DNA of 32,000 nucleotides, taken from positions 1,320,001-1,352,000 of the forward strand of contig OY969931.1 in assembly GCA_963704705.1 (NCBI GenBank). The letters run 5' to 3'. This stretch comes from an uncultured bacterium. Its GTDB lineage: Bacteria; Patescibacteriota; Gracilibacteria; UBA1369; PNNO01. Position numbers and translations under genes: made by a program. Positions 16,034 through 24,750 of this stretch are shown here, one piece after another. Position 1 is the first letter of the stretch. Every line of letters begins with the position of its first letter. The notes below the pieces were generated by a model. That model was not told the origin of the DNA. It worked only from the letters and a program-made list of their open reading frames with translations, and ran no database searches.

Positions 16034-16711
16034 ATGCGGAACGCCATCGCTACGTTTATGTTGGGCTTGGCTCTCAGCCTGCCTGTTGGACAGGCCAGCG
16101 CGTCGCCCCAGCCTTCAGATGCCGGGGTACAAAACGGTGATAATGATTACGTCCTTTGCGTCGAGCAACTTGGTGAGGAGGAGTGGTTAGTACATCAGTG
16201 GGTGGAAGACGGAGCCCCTTGTAGGTTCTCAATCCCGCCTTATGGTGTAATGGTGCGTCTCGACTATGGGGAAATGATCATTACTCCGTCTGAGGGCATG
16301 ATTGAACACGGGACCGCTCGTGTTTACACGGCTGGAATGCCCTTCAGAGTCATAGGAGACCAGGCTCATTTAGTCTCGTCGAACGACATTGTCGACCTCG
16401 TTGTTGAGGACGGCTTGACGGTTATCCTCTCGAAAGAGGGGGAAGCGTCCGTTGTTTCGTGCGAGATGAGTCTGGATCCAAACTGTGTAAGACGTGGATA
16501 CTACTTGCTTGAAGGTCACCTCCTGGCTCTTAAGTCTAACGGCGCATTGTATGCGTGGGAAGACGAAGAGTGCCGGGACATTAGCCCGAAATCAAGTGGT
16601 TGCAACGCTGCAGCTGGATACGGGGGCCCGGGACCCTTAAGCCTCCTAGGCTTCCTTTTCCTCACAGCTTCGTGGTTCTGGCGGCGACGTTCGCGTCGCT
16701 CGCTCAAGTAG
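16034..16711 (+). CDS. secreted protein with a MYXO-CTERM-like C-terminal sorting tag
   Basis: SD gagggggg lies 6 nt before the ATG. The signal peptide is MRNAIATFMLGLALSLPVGQASA. The C-terminus is SSGCNAAAGYGGPGPLSLLGFLFLTASWFWRRRSRRSLK. Confidence 0.75.
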   Translation: MRNAIATFMLGLALSLPVGQASASPQPSDAGVQNGDNDYVLCVEQLGEEEWLVHQWVEDGAPCRFSIPPYGVMVRLDYGEMIITPSEGMIEHGTARVYTAGMPFRVIGDQAHLVSSNDIVDLVVEDGLTVILSKEGEASVVSCEMSLDPNCVRRGYYLLEGHLLALKSNGALYAWEDEECRDISPKSSGCNAAAGYGGPGPLSLLGFLFLTASWFWRRRSRRSLK

Positions 16712-16724
16712 CCCAATCAAATTG

Positions 16725-16768
16725 CCCTTCTGGATTGGTTCATGCGTGAATCCAGGAGGGTCTCTTTT
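16725..16768. terminator. GC-rich hairpin terminator shared by convergent genes
   Basis: cccttctggatt 16725-16736 pairs with aatccaggaggg 16749-16760 (12 bp, one G.U), followed by tctctttta. It abuts the pheT stop. Confidence 0.7.
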
Positions 16769-19172
16769 ATGCTCCTCGAATTACTCCGCCCAAACTTTGA
16801 AGATTTTCAAAAATCTTTTTTTGAACTTTTGCCATTTCATCGTCAGTCAAAGTGCGGTCTTGAGCTTGCAATAAAACCCTGAATGCAAGCGCTTTTTTGT
16901 CTGCGTCAATATTTTCGCCCTGATAAATATCAAATAATTTAACTCTTTGAATTAGTGTTTCGTCAGCTTCACGGATCGCATCTTCAATTTCAGCAACCTT
17001 TTGTTTTCTATCAATCACAACTGAAATATCTATATCAAGTCCAGGGAATTTTGGTAATGGTTTGTATTTAACAAAATCCTGATCAAGCGCCGCAATTTTT
17101 GTAAAGTTGATTAAGAAAATGCCAACTTTGGCTTCAATATCCCAATTTTTTAGAACTCTTGGATGAACTTCACCAATTCCGCCAACTGTTTCTCCATTAA
17201 TTTTGATAGCTGCCTGGCGTGAAGGATGAACAAATGAAGGCTGATCTTTACCCAAAACAAACTCAGCTTCTTGTTTTAAAAACTGCGATAAAAACCCTTC
17301 AGCAACAGCTTTCACATCGTAATAAGGCTCAACTTTTGCTTTCTTTGGCAAAACAACACAGCCTCCGATCCATTTTTCTTCCAGAGGAAAATATTTTCCT
17401 TCTTCTATATATGTGCGGCCAACTTCAAAAATCCTGAAGCTGTCGAAATATCTTAAATTATCGCGAACATTTTTTAGTAAATTCGGAGCCAGTGAAACCC
17501 TTAAATGCGTCTGATCTTCAGACAAATAATTCTCCAAAAGTACATGGTTCGAATCATCCATTAAACATTTGTTGAGCTCATCTTTTCCGTAAAAAGAATA
17601 ATTATAAACCTCGCTCATTCCGTATGAATAAGCCAAAATCTTGCGTGCTTTATGTTTAAGCATTCGCTCAATATTTGCCATCGGAACTTTTATCGGAAGG
17701 TCCGGAAGATTTTCAGGAACATTTTCATATCCGTACATTCTTACAATTTCCTCAACAAGATCATCTTCGATATCGATGTCTTTTGTTGCGCGCCAGCTCG
17801 GAATTGTAACATCCAAAACTTTACCACTGCCCTTTACTTCAAATTCCAAAGACTCAAGTATTTTTTTACAATCAGCCGCACTAATTTTTACACCTATTTT
17901 TGATGAAACAACCTCGGTATCTAACTTAACAGTTTGCGGCTTTGGCAAGCCTTTATTTATATCAACAATCGATCCGGCTATTTCAGCGCCGGGACAAATC
18001 TGCATAATTAATTCGCAGGTTCTTTTAATTGCTGTCTCAGCCAAAACAGGATCCAAAGATTTCTCAAATCTCTGAACTGATTCAGTTCGTAAACCTAAAG
18101 TTGTTGAAGTTGTTCTTACGTTTTGCGGATTAAAATTCGCTGATTCAATAATAATTTCACGAGTTTTATCATTGATTTCGGAATTTTCACCACCCATTAT
18201 TCCGGCTAAAGCAACCGGTTTTTCATGATCGGCAATAACAAGCATTTTGTCAGTTAGTTTTCGCTCAACCCCATCTAAAGTTGTGATTTTTTCATCTTTT
18301 TTTGCACGTCTCACAACAATCCCTCCTTTTATAAAACCTCGGTCAAAAGCATGAAGAGGCTGGCCAAGCTCAGCCATCACATAGTTTGTAACATCAACAA
18401 TATTCGAAATCGGACGATATCCAACAGCCAGCAATCTATTCTGCATCCATTTTGGAGACGATTCGATTTTAATATTCTTGATAATTACACCGCAGTACCG
18501 AGGGCATAAATCATAGTCCTCGATTTTGATATCAGGTTGCTCACCCTTATCAGGAAATTTTACATCTAATTTAAGTGGTTTTAATTTCTTGCCGTAGATA
18601 GCCGCGAATTCGCGCGCCATACCGTAGTGCCCCCAAAGGTCAGGCCTATGCGTTAAAGACTTGTTATCGATTTCGATTGCATAATCTTCGTTAGCAAAAA
18701 GTTTTGCCAAAAGAGTCCCCGGCTTTTCTCCCATTTCACTCAGATCAACAATTTTATCACCTGTTGCTTCCAGCCCGATTTCTTCACCCGCGCAAATCAT
18801 TCCGCTGCTATCAACTCCCCGTAATTTAACAGTTTCTAACTTAACTGGATCACCTTCGCCATGCCATTTAACGTATGCGCCCGGCTTTGCAACCGGCACA
18901 AACATACCTTCATATAAATTGGTTCCGCCGCAAACAATCTGAGTGGTTTTAGCTTCGCCAATATCAACATGACAAACTTTTAATTTGTCTGCATTTGGAT
19001 GCGCTTCTAATTTAACAATTTTGCCCACAACCATATTTTCGTATCCTTTAGACAAATCTTCAATGCCCTCAACTTCAGCTGTTCTTGTTGTAATAAGATC
19101 AGCCATTTGTTGTGGTTTGAATTTTGCGTCCAAATCAACGAAATCTTTAATCCAATTTAGCGAAATATACAT
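16767..19172 (-). CDS. pheT: phenylalanine--tRNA ligase beta subunit
   Basis: 801 aa, beginning MYISLNWIKDFVDL, with a tRNA-binding OB domain (VVGKIVKLEAHPNADKLKVCHVDIG) and B3/4, B5 and FDX-ACB-like regions. Confidence 0.97.
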   Translation of the reverse strand: MYISLNWIKDFVDLDAKFKPQQMADLITTRTAEVEGIEDLSKGYENMVVGKIVKLEAHPNADKLKVCHVDIGEAKTTQIVCGGTNLYEGMFVPVAKPGAYVKWHGEGDPVKLETVKLRGVDSSGMICAGEEIGLEATGDKIVDLSEMGEKPGTLLAKLFANEDYAIEIDNKSLTHRPDLWGHYGMAREFAAIYGKKLKPLKLDVKFPDKGEQPDIKIEDYDLCPRYCGVIIKNIKIESSPKWMQNRLLAVGYRPISNIVDVTNYVMAELGQPLHAFDRGFIKGGIVVRRAKKDEKITTLDGVERKLTDKMLVIADHEKPVALAGIMGGENSEINDKTREIIIESANFNPQNVRTTSTTLGLRTESVQRFEKSLDPVLAETAIKRTCELIMQICPGAEIAGSIVDINKGLPKPQTVKLDTEVVSSKIGVKISAADCKKILESLEFEVKGSGKVLDVTIPSWRATKDIDIEDDLVEEIVRMYGYENVPENLPDLPIKVPMANIERMLKHKARKILAYSYGMSEVYNYSFYGKDELNKCLMDDSNHVLLENYLSEDQTHLRVSLAPNLLKNVRDNLRYFDSFRIFEVGRTYIEEGKYFPLEEKWIGGCVVLPKKAKVEPYYDVKAVAEGFLSQFLKQEAEFVLGKDQPSFVHPSRQAAIKINGETVGGIGEVHPRVLKNWDIEAKVGIFLINFTKIAALDQDFVKYKPLPKFPGLDIDISVVIDRKQKVAEIEDAIREADETLIQRVKLFDIYQGENIDADKKALAFRVLLQAQDRTLTDDEMAKVQKKIFENLQSLGGVIRGA

Positions 19173-19198
19173 ACTATAAATTACTAATTACTAATTTC

Positions 19199-19663
19199 TT
19201 ATTGCTGATAAGTGCAACCGGTAAGTTCAGCCAAGGTTGCAAGCGGTGTGTTACCTGATTTCATTGTGCCATCCCCGAAAATCCATGTCGGAACAGCTTT
19301 AACTCCTGCGTCTGTACATGCCTGCGCCCATCCATCGCCTTCTGCACATTCTGTGTTATCTAAATATTGAAGTGCGTCACCAAATGCTTCTTTTTGATTT
19401 TTACAATGTCCGCACCAGCTGGCAGTATAAAGTTTTGTGCCTGATTCGGTTATACATTTTGCAAGAGCAACTTCCGGTGATTCTGAAGATGCCTCTGCAG
19501 TTGCAGGAGTTTCCATTGCATCATCTTCAATTGTATCTTTAATACTCTGTGTTTCTTCATTTGATATTGCTTCAGACGTATCTTCAGGAGCAGCTGATTG
19601 GGACCATGTACATCCTGAAAAAACAAGAAGTCCTAAAACTAATAATGGTACTAATTTTTTCAT
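19199..19663 (-). CDS. thioredoxin-fold lipoprotein (VKOR-associated Trx-like/DsbA-like oxidoreductase family)
   Basis: The start is ATG 19663 (MKKLVPLLVLGLLVFSGC lipobox). The active site is YTASWCGHCKNQKEAFG, followed by ...ECAEG...AQACTDAGVKAVPTWIF...LAELTGC. Confidence 0.8.
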   Translation of the reverse strand: MKKLVPLLVLGLLVFSGCTWSQSAAPEDTSEAISNEETQSIKDTIEDDAMETPATAEASSESPEVALAKCITESGTKLYTASWCGHCKNQKEAFGDALQYLDNTECAEGDGWAQACTDAGVKAVPTWIFGDGTMKSGNTPLATLAELTGCTYQQ

Positions 19664-19664
19664 A

Positions 19665-20705
19665 TTAAAATTGGTTAATAAATCGTAAATCACCACTTAA
19701 ATTGTGGCGTATATCATCGATGCCGTGACGCATCATCACTAAACGGGTAAGGCCAAATCCAAATGCCCAGCCCTGCCATTTTTTTGGATCAATTCCGCCG
19801 GCCTTAAGCACATTTTCATGCACCATACCAGCACCCATAAATTCAACCCATCCGGTTTTTTTACAAACTCTGCAGCCTTTTCCTCCGCAAATCAAACAGC
19901 TAAAATCTACTTCAAGTCCCGGTTCAACAAACGGAAAATACCCCGGCCTGATTCTAACTTTAACTTCGCGCCCGAAAAGCCTTGAAAGAAATTCTTTGAG
20001 TACGCCTTTAAGATTTGCGATTGATATATTTTTATCAATCATCAATCCCTCAACCTGATAAAAAGTTGTATCATGCGAAGCATCGGTTGCCTCATATCTA
20101 AAAGTTCTTCCAGGAACAATCATTCGCAAAGGCGCTCCGTATTTTTCCATTGTTCTAACCTGAACAGGTGAGGTGTGAGTTCGTAAAACCATTCTTCCGT
20201 GCTTTTTATCCTGCTTATCTTTAATAAAGAAAGTGTCCTGCATGTCGCGTGCAGGATGCCAAGCAGGGATATTCAAACCTTCAAAATTATAATATTCAGA
20301 TTCCGCCTCAGGTCCGTCCATAATCATAAAACCCATGCTTGTAAAAATTTGCTCAACTTCTTCCTGCACCTGTGAAAGCGGATGAATATGGCCTTCTAAG
20401 GTTTCAGGTCCCGGCGCAGTTACATCAAAAGTTGGATCCTTTAATTGCTCGTCTAGTTGTGCTTTTTCTAAGGCGATTTTTCTTGTTGAGACCTCCTGTT
20501 CAAGTTTATTTTTCACTTCATTACTTAATTTACCGATAATTTTTTTATCTTCATCAGAAAGGTCTTTAAGCCCCCTTAAAATATTTGTGAGTTCGCCCTT
20601 TCTTCCCAAAAATTTAACTTCAACTTCATTTAGCTGATTCAGGTCGCTGGCCTTAGATATGGCGTCCAGGCATTCTTTTTTTAATTTTTCGAGTTGTTCT
20701 TTCAT
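19665..20705 (-). CDS. pheS: phenylalanine--tRNA ligase alpha subunit
   Basis: An N-terminal coiled coil is followed by class II motifs (HPL..V, LRTHTSPVQ, FRYEATDASH, GAGMVHP-like GAGMVHENVL, FGFGLTRLVM). Confidence 0.97.
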   Translation of the reverse strand: MKEQLEKLKKECLDAISKASDLNQLNEVEVKFLGRKGELTNILRGLKDLSDEDKKIIGKLSNEVKNKLEQEVSTRKIALEKAQLDEQLKDPTFDVTAPGPETLEGHIHPLSQVQEEVEQIFTSMGFMIMDGPEAESEYYNFEGLNIPAWHPARDMQDTFFIKDKQDKKHGRMVLRTHTSPVQVRTMEKYGAPLRMIVPGRTFRYEATDASHDTTFYQVEGLMIDKNISIANLKGVLKEFLSRLFGREVKVRIRPGYFPFVEPGLEVDFSCLICGGKGCRVCKKTGWVEFMGAGMVHENVLKAGGIDPKKWQGWAFGFGLTRLVMMRHGIDDIRHNLSGDLRFINQF

Positions 20706-20751
20706 GTTTTTTAAAACCTAAAGATTCGGTCTTTAATTTAGCCGTTTTTTG

Positions 20752-20800
20752 TTTGCTTGGCAAGGCGGGCTTGCCAGGCAAAGGCCCCTTGCTTAGCAAG
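20752..20800. repeat. 3 direct copies (18-bp period) of the G/C-variant palindrome YTTGC-N3-GCAAG
   Basis: tttgcttggcaag-gcggg-cttgccaggcaaag-gccc-cttgcttagcaag, in the divergent region between pheS and the GC-rich small gene. Confidence 0.8.
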
Positions 20801-20818
20801 CATATGTTTGTGTATAAT
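20789..20818 (+). promoter_or_regulatory. promoter TTGCTT-18-(TGn)TATAAT
   Basis: The -35 lies inside the third repeat unit (20789-20794). TGTGTATAAT ends at 20818, and the strong SD gaggagg follows at about 20878. Confidence 0.5.
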
Positions 20819-20894
20819 TCTCTCCTCATTTGAATTAAAAAGCTTTTTTAAGCTTTTTGGATTTGGATGGTAACCACGAGAGGAGGAAAAGTTT

Positions 20895-21104
20895 ATGGCA
20901 AGGAAGCCCAACGAAAGGTTGATTGGAGTCTGCAATGCATGCGGCATTGAACTGGAAGACAAGATTGTCGATGCGCTCTGGCGCAACGGCGACTACACAG
21001 TGCAGCCCCAGTGCACCAACTGTAAAAAAGGGCGGTTCCAGGCACGCTATCGCAAGATCGACTTTGCCACGCTAAACGTGCTCGGCACCAGGCCGGCTGA
21101 CTGA
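20895..21104 (+). CDS. small 4-Cys zinc-ribbon protein (69 aa), function unknown
   Basis: SD GGAGG lies 7 nt before the ATG. The cysteine pairs are CNAC...(32 aa)...CTNC, and codons are GC-rich. The ORF is short, so coding status is not certain. Confidence 0.55.
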   Translation: MARKPNERLIGVCNACGIELEDKIVDALWRNGDYTVQPQCTNCKKGRFQARYRKIDFATLNVLGTRPAD

Positions 21105-21200
21105 CCCCCCCAAGGTGCTCGTATCAGGCCATTCCCGTAAGGGATGCTGAAACAAGACCGAGGCCAGTGTCTTACCACGGTCTGATCGAGTACTTCTCCT

Positions 21201-21239
21201 GTCCCCGTCGCGCAACTCTGCCGATGGGGACTTTTCTTT
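21201..21239 (+). terminator. intrinsic terminator
   Basis: gtccccgtcg 21201-21210 pairs with ccgatggggac 21221-21231 (10 bp including one G.U), then TTTTcTTT. Confidence 0.7.
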
Positions 21240-21246
21240 ATGTGAG

Positions 21247-21275
21247 TTGCGACACTGTTAATTTTAAGGTATAAT
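21247..21275 (+). promoter_or_regulatory. promoter TTGCGA-17-TATAAT
   Basis: TTGCGA at 21247-21252 and TATAAT at 21270-21275, 30 nt upstream of ATG 21305. Confidence 0.55.
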
Positions 21276-21304
21276 ATATTGAAGAATAAATAACAAAAAT
21301 AAAA

Positions 21305-21745
21305 ATGCCAAAAAATAGTCCAAGAAAAGAATCTGAAAATTTTCATACTCAACATCAACATCTTGAAACTCCGGAACCTATTGACCATGCAAAAGAAATT
21401 GCTGACCTTGCCTGGAGCATTAATCTACAAGAACAAACTCCGCAAAATGAAAAAGACAAAATGTTAAATGTACTGAAAAAACTTAAATTAGAAGGATGTC
21501 CGTCTGAAAAAAAATTAATTGATAAAAAATTTACAATTGTTGAAACAAGTGTTTTTCATCCTGATGATTTATTGATTACAGATATGAAGACCGGGGAAGT
21601 AAAGCTCGACGAAAGTATGCTCGGTCATTTTACAAACAGATATATCGCAATGTATACAAATGAAAATAAAAAACAAGGTATAGACTGGGACATTGCAAAA
21701 CGCGATGACGGTACGTATGTTATTTACGAAAAAAGAAAGAGCTAA
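21305..21745 (+). CDS. hypothetical protein (146 aa)
   Basis: The ORF uses backbone codon usage and has its own promoter and terminator. No motif recognised. Confidence 0.55.
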   Translation: MPKNSPRKESENFHTQHQHLETPEPIDHAKEIADLAWSINLQEQTPQNEKDKMLNVLKKLKLEGCPSEKKLIDKKFTIVETSVFHPDDLLITDMKTGEVKLDESMLGHFTNRYIAMYTNENKKQGIDWDIAKRDDGTYVIYEKRKS

Positions 21746-21750
21746 AAAAA

Positions 21751-21770
21751 GAGGAACCAGATGGTTCCCC
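21751..21770. terminator. short bidirectional hairpin between convergent genes
   Basis: A7 is followed by ggaacc / agat / ggttcc, then cctttaattt. Confidence 0.5.
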
Positions 21771-21796
21771 TTTAATTTAACTTTTCAGTCTACAAA

Positions 21797-22072
21797 CTAT
21801 CTAACTGCATCTTTAAGAGATTTTCCAGCTTTAAAAGCAGGTAATTTCATTGCAGGGATTTTGATTTTCTGACTAGGATTTCGTGGATTCACACCAGTTC
21901 GAGCAGCTCTTTTTGAAACACGGAATGTTCCAAATCCAGTGATAGTAACATTTTGACCTTTTTTAAGGCTAGCAGTTACAGCGTCTAGAACAGCGTCTAG
22001 TACTTCCCCAGCTGCTTTTTTTGTTACACCAGCTTTTGAAGCTGCGTGATTTACTAGGTCTTGCTTTGTCAT
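21797..22072 (-). CDS. hup: HU family DNA-binding protein
   Basis: MTKQDLVNHAASKAGVTKKAAGEVLDAVLDAV...ITGFGTFRVSKRAARTGVNPRNPSQKIKIPA...AFKAGK. Confidence 0.95.
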   Translation of the reverse strand: MTKQDLVNHAASKAGVTKKAAGEVLDAVLDAVTASLKKGQNVTITGFGTFRVSKRAARTGVNPRNPSQKIKIPAMKLPAFKAGKSLKDAVR

Positions 22073-22374
22073 AGCAAAGAGAGGTTAAGAATAAATAATT
22101 GTTTGAAGAACTTAAAAAAGCCCTAAGACGTCAGCATTATAGCCAGTTCAAATAAAGATGCAAGTAAATTTAACAAAATATAGCCCTTTTTTAAGGGAAA
22201 AATCAGCCGAAATTCTCATTTGCGCGCTTATACAAGCCAATTAATTTGCCCTTGCGTAAATTTTCCTTTTATTTCCTTTTTATAAGCCAAAAATCCCAAA
22301 TTTGTTGACACTCTTGTATTAACGGTGTTAACTAAAAAGAAGCGACCTTAGATAAAATTAACCTTATTATATAT

Positions 22375-24669
22375 ATGGCAGATAACCTGGTTATAGTTGA
22401 GTCCCCTGCTAAAGCAAAAACAATTAAACAATATTTGGGGAAAGATTTTGATGTTGAAGCATCAATGGGGCATGTTAGGGATCTTCCAAAATCACAAATG
22501 GGAATTGATACTGAAAAAGACTTTGAGCCTTCTTACACGGTCCCGGCAGATAAAAAAAAGACGATCGCGAACCTAAAGAAAAAAATTAAGTCAGACACTA
22601 AAATATGGATCGCAACCGATGAGGACCGCGAAGGAGAAGCCATTGGCTGGCACTTGTTAAAAGCGCTAAAAGTAGATGAAAAAAAGCATGATGTAAAAAG
22701 AATTGTGTTCCATGAAATCACTAAAGAAGCGATTTTAAATTCTATAAAAGAACCGCGTGAAATTAATGCAGACCTGGTTGATGCGCAGCAGGCCCGAAGA
22801 GTTTTGGATCGTTTGGTTGGTTATGAACTTTCACCATTATTATGGAAAAAAATTAGATACGGACTTTCAGCTGGCCGCGTGCAGTCAGTTGCTGTTCGTT
22901 TGATTGTTGAACGTGAACGTGAAATTCTCGCTTTCAACCCGGAAGAGTTCTGGAAATTAATTGGAAATTTTATTGGAGACGAGAAAAAGGAATTCGAAGC
23001 GCAGCTATCAAAAATCAAAGGAAAAAAACAGGAAGTCACAAATAAAAAAGACGCTGATAAAATTCTAAAAGATTTGGATGGTGCCGATTATAAAGTGGTA
23101 AGTGTTGAAGAAAAGAAAGCTAAAAGAAATCCTGCGCCGCCGTTTATTACGTCTACATTGCAGCAGGAAGCTTCACGCAAACTTGGATTTTCGGTTAAGA
23201 AAACAATGATGATTGCGCAGCAGTTGTATGAAGGTGTTGAAACAGCTGAAGGTAATAAAGGTTTGATTACGTATATGAGAACAGACTCTTTTAATTTATC
23301 TGCTCAGGCAGTTAAACAGGCTCATAAAGTTATTGTTAATGAATTTGGAAAAGAATATGTTGCTGAAAAACCCCGTATTTATAAAAAAACAAAAGGAGCA
23401 CAGGAAGCTCACGAAGCGATTCGTCCTACAAATCTTGAACTTTTACCTGAAGATGTAAAAAAACATTTGAATAAAGATCAGTTCAGATTATATGAATTGA
23501 TCTGGAAAAGAACTATAGCATGTCAAATGCAGACAGCGATTTTAAATCAGGTTAAAGCCCAAATTGAAGCCAACGATTATATATTTGATGCAACGGGCCA
23601 GACTATTGATTTTGCCGGATTTATGAAAGTTTATGTGGAAGATGAAGACGAAGATGACAATCCTGACAATGAAGAAAAAGCTAAAAAGCATGAAAAATTT
23701 CTTCCTAAATTAAAAGAAGGAGAAAATCTGGATTGCAAAAAACTTGATGCAACTCAACACTTCACTCAGCCTCCGCACAGATATACCGAAGCATCGCTTG
23801 TTAAAAAACTGGAGTCTGAAGGAATCGGTCGTCCATCAACTTATGCGCCTACAATCACAACAATTCAGGCTCGCGGATATATTGAAAGAGAAGGCAAAGC
23901 CTTAAAACCAACTGATACGGGTATGGTTGTTAACGACTTTTTAGTGAAATATTTTCCTGACATTGTTGATTATAAATTCACTGCTGAAATGGAAGAAGAT
24001 CTGGATATGATCGCTCATGGAAAAAAAGAGTGGGTGCCGATTATTAAAGAATTCTATGATCCATTCCATAAAAATATTAAAGAAAAAGAAAAATCTGTTA
24101 ATAAAGCTGATGTTGTAAATGAAGAAACCGATGAAATTTGTGATTTATGCGGTAAGCCAATGGTAATTAAATTGGGAAGATTCGGAAAATTCTTAAGCTG
24201 TTCGAATTATCCTGAATGTAAAAACGCGAAACCAATCGAGAAAAAAGGAGAAGACGGCCAGCCCGAAAAAGATGAATTGGCCATTGATCCTGAACTTGCA
24301 AAAAAACTAAAAGATAAAAAATGTGAAAAATGCGGAAGTCCGATGGAAATAAAACGCGGTAAATACGGTCACTTCCTGGGCTGTACAAATTATCCAAAGT
24401 GCAAACATATTCAGCCGATAATAAAATTCAGCGGAGTTAAATGTCCGCGCTGTAAAAAAGGCCAGCTCGTCGAACGCCATGCGCGCAAAACAGGTAAAGC
24501 TTTTTATGGTTGTAATCAGTTTCCTAAATGTAAGTTTGCAACCTGGGATAAACCGCTTGTGGACAAATGCAAAGACTGTCAGGGAATGCTGGTTGAAAAA
24601 AAGGACGGAGAAATTGTTTGTACTGCATGTCAAAAACAAGCTAAAGAAGGAAAACCGAAAAAGAAATAG
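22375..24669 (+). CDS. topA: DNA topoisomerase I (type IA) with four C-terminal zinc ribbons
   Basis: Toprim domain: LVIVESPAKAKTI...ATDEDREGEAI. Active-site region: ITYMRTDS. The C-terminal Cys4 motifs are CDLCG..CSNYPEC, CEKCG..CTNYPKC, CPRC..CNQFPKC and CKDC..CTAC. Confidence 0.97.
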   Translation: MADNLVIVESPAKAKTIKQYLGKDFDVEASMGHVRDLPKSQMGIDTEKDFEPSYTVPADKKKTIANLKKKIKSDTKIWIATDEDREGEAIGWHLLKALKVDEKKHDVKRIVFHEITKEAILNSIKEPREINADLVDAQQARRVLDRLVGYELSPLLWKKIRYGLSAGRVQSVAVRLIVEREREILAFNPEEFWKLIGNFIGDEKKEFEAQLSKIKGKKQEVTNKKDADKILKDLDGADYKVVSVEEKKAKRNPAPPFITSTLQQEASRKLGFSVKKTMMIAQQLYEGVETAEGNKGLITYMRTDSFNLSAQAVKQAHKVIVNEFGKEYVAEKPRIYKKTKGAQEAHEAIRPTNLELLPEDVKKHLNKDQFRLYELIWKRTIACQMQTAILNQVKAQIEANDYIFDATGQTIDFAGFMKVYVEDEDEDDNPDNEEKAKKHEKFLPKLKEGENLDCKKLDATQHFTQPPHRYTEASLVKKLESEGIGRPSTYAPTITTIQARGYIEREGKALKPTDTGMVVNDFLVKYFPDIVDYKFTAEMEEDLDMIAHGKKEWVPIIKEFYDPFHKNIKEKEKSVNKADVVNEETDEICDLCGKPMVIKLGRFGKFLSCSNYPECKNAKPIEKKGEDGQPEKDELAIDPELAKKLKDKKCEKCGSPMEIKRGKYGHFLGCTNYPKCKHIQPIIKFSGVKCPRCKKGQLVERHARKTGKAFYGCNQFPKCKFATWDKPLVDKCKDCQGMLVEKKDGEIVCTACQKQAKEGKPKKK

Positions 24670-24750
24670 CAACTATGAAAATATATGCTGAGCCTGGTTG
24701 ATTTTTAAGCTATTTAATGGTAAAATAAAAAGAAGAAAAAATAAAAAAAT

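Larger units (their letters stand above)
15890..16770 (+). other. GC-rich compositional island 2
   Basis: Hand count gives 39/60 G+C at 16081-16140. The flanks are AT-rich (the lipoprotein gene on one side, pheT on the other). Confidence 0.75.
20880..21240 (+). other. GC-rich compositional island 3
   Basis: Hand count gives 34/60 G+C at 20941-21000. It comprises the small ORF, a 130-nt GC-rich 3' region and a terminator. Confidence 0.65.

Noticed and set aside
19178-19198. ttactaattactaatt between pheT and the Trx-like gene, considered as a degenerate member of the TTACTAAGTAA family.
   Set aside because: It contains only the TTACTAA half, lacks the GTAA arm and the G/C linker, and could arise by chance in AT-rich spacer DNA.
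20738-20986. An 82-aa minus-strand ORF.
   Set aside because: It runs through the 18-bp repeat array and two promoters, and is antisense to the SD and start of the GC-rich zinc-ribbon ORF. It has no SD or start context.
800-21240. GC-rich islands as assembly chimeras or contaminating contig fragments.
   Set aside because: There are three separate units, and each begins within a few nt of a start codon and ends at its own terminator. AT-rich promoters and repeats continue seamlessly on both sides. This argues for real insertions, but only read-level evidence can exclude misassembly.
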